A DNA stretch of 32,000 nucleotides, from NCBI GenBank assembly GCA_030151885.1, contig JASLCG010000014.1, positions 11,209-43,208 of the forward strand, written 5' to 3'. The notes below the pieces were generated by a model. That model made no database searches. It had not been told where the DNA came from and worked only from the letters and a program-made list of their open reading frames with translations. A program made the position numbers and the translations under genes. This document shows, piece after piece, positions 27,898-32,000 of this stretch; within the stretch, counting starts at the first letter, position 1, and each line of letters starts with the position of its first letter. The stretch comes from Bacteroides sp. Its GTDB lineage: Bacteria > Bacteroidota > Bacteroidia > Bacteroidales > Bacteroidaceae.

Positions 27898-28850
27898 AAT
27901 TCAATGCTATTCCAGTTATTTACACGAACTAAGACCGTAAGGTTTGCATCTTGAGGATCGTTATCTTCTCCGTCAAAGTCTCCTAATTGCTGACGCATAT
28001 CAATTAATATATTCATACGTTCTCCAGCTTGTGGGCAAATAGGATGTCCTATGTGGTCTTTGTTAAATTGTCTAATTAATTTGTCTTGATAGAATAATTG
28101 TACTTCAAAAGGCTCGTTAGGCTCCAGTGGAGCAACTTTTAAAGCCTTAGGCATCACTAATAGATTATTATAAGCAGCCCATTCCGTGTTCGATTTGTAT
28201 TTGTTGATGTGTATGGTTGGTTCGCAGGGTTTGCTCTCAAAGTTGAAAGCTCTGTAAAAGCCACCATGAATCTCAACTCTATAATCTTCGGGGTTATGAT
28301 CTGGGTTAATACCTTTTACACTTACGTGTATGGCCGAAAGCCTTCTTCGAACAATCAGTTCATCAGAATATACTCCCGAATCAGCATCATAAAGTGGTAT
28401 CCTGTTATTACCTTGGAAAATATCGGACTGTATAAATTTGTATTCTTCCCCCTCAGGGAGGAAGAATACTTTATTTACTGCTAATAAAGAGGCAGGATTA
28501 AAATCAATCATTTTTCCAATTGAAGAATTTACCCAAGCTACAACTTTATAGCTTTTATTGGGACAAATGGTCAATTGAATAGGCTCATGCATTGAAATGG
28601 CTCGATGGCTTATATAATGTTTCTCTTCAAATTCATTATAATTGTTAAACAGGTATAAGTAGCCATCTGTTAAATCACTGTCTGTAGAAATATCATTTCC
28701 GCTGTTATCTTCAGCTCTAATATATAAGTTGTATTCTACAGTACAATCATTAAAATCTGTTCCAATGCAGCCTAGGAAACAAGAACAACTAACTAAGATT
28801 AATAGATATAATTTTAATCTGATTCCTCTTTTTTTAGAGCTTGTTACCAT
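27882..28850 (-). CDS. FimB/Mfa2-family fimbrial anchor/length-regulator-like lipoprotein
   Basis: 322 aa with lipobox 'FLGCIG'. Size and position immediately after the stalk fimbrillin gene match Mfa2/FimB-type subunits. Start overlaps the upstream stop (ATGGTAA). Confidence 0.6.
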   Translation of the reverse strand: MVTSSKKRGIRLKLYLLILVSCSCFLGCIGTDFNDCTVEYNLYIRAEDNSGNDISTDSDLTDGYLYLFNNYNEFEEKHYISHRAISMHEPIQLTICPNKSYKVVAWVNSSIGKMIDFNPASLLAVNKVFFLPEGEEYKFIQSDIFQGNNRIPLYDADSGVYSDELIVRRRLSAIHVSVKGINPDHNPEDYRVEIHGGFYRAFNFESKPCEPTIHINKYKSNTEWAAYNNLLVMPKALKVAPLEPNEPFEVQLFYQDKLIRQFNKDHIGHPICPQAGERMNILIDMRQQLGDFDGEDNDPQDANLTVLVRVNNWNSIELWEEW

Positions 28851-29884
28851 TCTACGGTTTGAGATGGAACTACTACCCAGTCTTGTGGGATAACAGTAAC
28901 TTCTAATGTAGCAGGGCTTTGAGGATCTTCAGGTCCTGTACCAAAAGGCTTTTTAATCAATACATTAAGTGTGTATTGGTGGTTTGGCTCGATATATTTA
29001 CCTGTAAGCTCTTCATGACCTTTAATCTCTTTGTCGTTAATTCGGAATGCAAAATGTTGCTCTTCTCCATCATATTGTGCAGAGATAGTCATTAGTGTAC
29101 AGTTATCACCAGCATTATCGTTAGGAGATACGTAGAAGTAAGTTTTATTAGCACCTTTTACGATGTCTCCAGTAAGACGATCGTCTTTAATAGTAGAAAC
29201 TTTACCATCTACACCACCCATAAATTGGAAATGGTTGCCAGTAGCTTTTAATAGATATTCAGGGAAACCGATTAAAGATTTAGATCTTACTTTCATCATA
29301 GAAACACCAGTAAGTTTGAATTTATCTTCATCAAAACCTTTTAGTAGTTTAACGTCCACGTTACCTAGAATAACCTTAGCAACTATACGGCTCACTTTGA
29401 TTTCAACTTTATTGTCATCACCAGCCTTTAATACAACATTTTCTTGGCCAGTCATGGTGAAACCTTTATCGCTCATTTCACCTTTTTTGTTCCACTCTTC
29501 TTCAAGGTCAAGTGTCACATTTTTGAAATCTTCAAATTTTATTACTTTATTAAGTTTTGTAAGAGTTTCGTCCGAAGGGTTAACCACTACATTTACTTGT
29601 TTACCACCAGTAATAAGTCCTGTGATTTTTCCTTCCGATCCTTTAATTTCTTGTCTAGCCTCTAAAACGCCTTTAGAGAATACTAGAACCATCATTTTGT
29701 GGATTGAGTTTTCTTCTTTTTGTGTAACTTCTAAAGAAGCTCTAGTTGCTTTGTTTGCTAAAGAAATTGATAGTGATGCTCTAGTAATCGAGTCTTTCAC
29801 TTCATTAGTTTCATTGCTACAGCTTGTAAAAAGCATAGCTATTCCTAAAAAAGGAATAAAAAGTTTTGAAAAGTTAATTTTCAT
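28844..29884 (-). CDS. FimA/Mfa1-family type V pilus major (stalk) fimbrillin
   Basis: 346 aa with lipobox 'LFTSCSNE'. An Arg-containing propeptide region ('ATRASLEV') lies near residue 48, as in FimA-type prepilins. Two-domain beta-rich sequence. Confidence 0.65.
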   Translation of the reverse strand: MKINFSKLFIPFLGIAMLFTSCSNETNEVKDSITRASLSISLANKATRASLEVTQKEENSIHKMMVLVFSKGVLEARQEIKGSEGKITGLITGGKQVNVVVNPSDETLTKLNKVIKFEDFKNVTLDLEEEWNKKGEMSDKGFTMTGQENVVLKAGDDNKVEIKVSRIVAKVILGNVDVKLLKGFDEDKFKLTGVSMMKVRSKSLIGFPEYLLKATGNHFQFMGGVDGKVSTIKDDRLTGDIVKGANKTYFYVSPNDNAGDNCTLMTISAQYDGEEQHFAFRINDKEIKGHEELTGKYIEPNHQYTLNVLIKKPFGTGPEDPQSPATLEVTVIPQDWVVVPSQTVEW

Positions 29885-29929
29885 ACTTACTTTGTTTTAA
29901 AATTAAAATTATTTTGATTTTTGAATAGG

Positions 29930-31453
29930 CTAGAAAGGAATTCTCACTTGTCCAATTTGATGAATTTCCTTTTTAGCTTTATTTTTAATTCGTAATTGAA
30001 TTATCTCAAGATTTGTTATAGCCTCTTCCGAACCATCTTCTGCAGCTCTACTTAACCAGTATAATGCTGTATCCATATCATTTTGCAAAGCAAATAATAC
30101 TCCTAGGTTATTAAACTTATCTGTAGAATCTGGTGCTTTGGTTAAAATATCTAAGGCTCTATCATATTCTCCACGTGACATTGCAAATGCAGCTGCATTA
30201 TTTATTGCTATAAGGTCGGTAGGGTATGTATCTGCAGCCTTATCAATTGTATTGTAAAACTGGTCACTATCTCTTCCGTATGACTCTGCAAGTGCATACA
30301 TCTCAAAAATGCTTAGTTTTTGTGGATTAGTTTGTATTATATCTTCACTCTCTTCTACGTCGAAAGGTCTAACGGTATAATCTATTCTATAATATACACG
30401 TCTTAAAAGTGGGAAGTACTCCTTATACATTTGTCTATATGGGTTTCCTCCGTGCATAGACATTAGTTTTTGTTCTCTACCATCAAATACCCCATATCTG
30501 TATATGACATCAAGAGCTCCATATTTCCAGTAATATTCGCTTTGATCAATTAGTTTAGCCAGTCTATCCCAGTCTTCTCCCTTCCATTGTATGTCAAAAT
30601 AGTGTCCATTAAGTTCTGGGTATCTTCCTCTTAACCAGTTTGTGAAAGATTTAGCTCTGTCTCTTGATAGCTCGAGGTTATGTTTATAAGTTCCTTCTAT
30701 AGAGCAGTATCCAACAACTTTAATACTTTTAATATCAATGTCTTGATCTCTTACTACGCGGTTAAAGAAGGCACTAGTTTGGCTTAATGTTTGGCCATTG
30801 TTTTTATAGTCAAAAAGTATCTCAGACTTGCCTTGTTTAAAGTTAAGATAAGCTTCTCCATGTTCAAATCTAGTCTTCTCATACTCTTCTATAGGTTGAT
30901 ATTCTGTAACATTAAAATCTAAAGAATCTGCAGGATGTATTGTGAATCTACGTGATCGTGGTCTAGATTTAAATGGCTTATTGCTCTTTGCCATGTTTTC
31001 AACCAAGATAAGTTCTTGTCCTTTGATGTTGCCACAAAAACAATCAGCTTTATAAAGAAGTAGTTTAGCACTCTTCATCCAAGGTCTATTTTTTATAGAT
31101 ATAGTGTAATCTAATGTTTTATCATTTTTTCTAAGCTCATGTACTACTAGTGCATTTGCAAAACTATGGTGTCTTGGAAATCTCTTGTATGTTTGATGTG
31201 CCGATCTACTGTTTATAATTATATTAGGAAGACTTAAAGTGTCTGTAGATGAAGCCAATATAGGATATAGGTAAATTGAATTACCTCTTTTTATATTACA
31301 TTCACTGATGTCTAACGTTAAGTCAATATCAAGATTATTGTTTTGCACGGAAGAAGTAAGAGAATTTAAATATATCGGATTCTTCTTTTGTGCATTAGCT
31401 ATAGTGCCATGGATTACCAATAGTACTAGTAGAGTAATTATATTTCTTTTCAT
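29930..31453 (-). CDS. DUF3868-like envelope protein with OmpA-like peptidoglycan-binding motif and C-terminal TPR repeats
   Basis: Signal peptide. 'VVGYCSIEGTYKHNLELSRDRAKSFTNWL' resembles the OmpA_C motif (G..D..G....N..LS..RA). The C-terminal helical repeats are TPR-like. Follows DUF3575, as is typical in Bacteroidales fimbrial loci. Confidence 0.7.
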   Translation of the reverse strand: MKRNIITLLVLLVIHGTIANAQKKNPIYLNSLTSSVQNNNLDIDLTLDISECNIKRGNSIYLYPILASSTDTLSLPNIIINSRSAHQTYKRFPRHHSFANALVVHELRKNDKTLDYTISIKNRPWMKSAKLLLYKADCFCGNIKGQELILVENMAKSNKPFKSRPRSRRFTIHPADSLDFNVTEYQPIEEYEKTRFEHGEAYLNFKQGKSEILFDYKNNGQTLSQTSAFFNRVVRDQDIDIKSIKVVGYCSIEGTYKHNLELSRDRAKSFTNWLRGRYPELNGHYFDIQWKGEDWDRLAKLIDQSEYYWKYGALDVIYRYGVFDGREQKLMSMHGGNPYRQMYKEYFPLLRRVYYRIDYTVRPFDVEESEDIIQTNPQKLSIFEMYALAESYGRDSDQFYNTIDKAADTYPTDLIAINNAAAFAMSRGEYDRALDILTKAPDSTDKFNNLGVLFALQNDMDTALYWLSRAAEDGSEEAITNLEIIQLRIKNKAKKEIHQIGQVRIPF

Positions 31454-31463
31454 TATAAAAAAC

Positions 31464-32000
31464 TTATAATATGTAAACTAATGAGATTGCAGCACGGGTA
31501 GGACCTACATAGTCTCTTTCAAAGTATCCTTGGCTTTCACCACATTTACCACACTCATATTTATTGTATGTTAAGTGTGCATATCCTAAGCCGATTAAAA
31601 ATTCTAATCCCCAATTCTTATTCAAGTAAAGATGGTAACCATATACTAATCCTGCTCCGATGATATCTCCTTCAAATCTGCTATCCAGAAATTTACTATC
31701 GTCTAAGTTGTATTTGCCATATAAGCCATGTAATCCAAAAAAGGATTTGTTAAACTTGTAGCAAGTCCAGTATCTAAGCTCAGGAATTACTAGAAAATGC
31801 TTATGGTATTTATTCTCTGACCATTCAAAAGGATTATAACTACCTTCTATATTGAAGGACAATGATTTAGATAACCCAAACTCAACTCCTAGGTTTGGTG
31901 TTAAAGTAGCAGCATAGGGCAAATTAGTCTTGATTAAGACCCCTTGTGCACTTATTGCAAGTGAATAAATTAGCGTTAGTAATGTAAATATTTTTCGCAT
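31464..32000 (-). CDS. DUF3575-family outer-membrane beta-barrel protein (first gene of the fimbrial locus)
   Basis: 178 aa with signal peptide 'SLAISAQG'. 'NLPYAATLTPNLGVEFGLSKSLSF...PELRYW' is typical DUF3575. The ATG sits exactly at the window edge (32000). Confidence 0.8.
   Translation of the reverse strand: MRKIFTLLTLIYSLAISAQGVLIKTNLPYAATLTPNLGVEFGLSKSLSFNIEGSYNPFEWSENKYHKHFLVIPELRYWTCYKFNKSFFGLHGLYGKYNLDDSKFLDSRFEGDIIGAGLVYGYHLYLNKNWGLEFLIGLGYAHLTYNKYECGKCGESQGYFERDYVGPTRAAISLVYIL

Noticed and set aside
29163-29900. 245-aa plus-strand ORF (and 29444-29665) antisense to the fimbrillin gene
   Set aside because: It lies entirely inside the well-supported minus-strand fimbrillin CDS. Its S/L/T/P-rich low-complexity translation is typical of a shadow ORF, and it has no start context or motif.

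Overview
AT-rich chromosomal segment, most likely from a member of the Bacteroidales (Bacteroidota). Supporting signs are SusC/SusD pairs, an ECF-sigma/FecR regulator pair, type V (FimA/Mfa-like) pilus genes, lipoprotein signal peptides and TAnnTTTG promoter boxes. All calls come from reading the translated ORFs and the DNA by eye; no database search was run.

Gene order:
1. The 3' end of a GH29 alpha-L-fucosidase gene.
2. A housekeeping/stress block: AlkD-like DNA alkylation repair protein, MBL-fold hydrolase, POT peptide transporter, a divergent oxyR-dps pair, and a small outer-membrane beta-barrel protein.
3. An ECF-sigma/anti-sigma controlled polysaccharide utilisation locus (PUL): SusC-like transducer, SusD-like protein, GH63-like lipoprotein, GH2 beta-galactosidase.
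4. A membrane acyltransferase.
5. An isolated 1195-aa gene fusing an Upf1/DNA2-like SF1 helicase to a C-terminal single-HKD phospholipase-D (PLD) nuclease.
6. A six-gene type V pilus operon on the minus strand: DUF3575, DUF3868/OmpA-like, stalk fimbrillin, Mfa2/FimB-like anchor, accessory subunit, and a tip protein with a FISUMP-like lectin domain.

The best candidate for an interesting system is the stand-alone helicase-PLD gene at 20483-24070. Its architecture matches single-gene Mokosh type II antiphage systems, but it has a very long coiled-coil-like insertion and an unrecognised N-terminal domain.

The second notable signal is a roughly 100-bp repeat built from TATCGGCAAC-type boxes spaced 22 bp apart. 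It occurs twice in direct orientation (about 6661-6801 and 24161-24266) and brackets the PUL, the acyltransferase and the helicase-PLD gene.

No rRNA, tRNA, CRISPR array, integrase or transposase was recognised.
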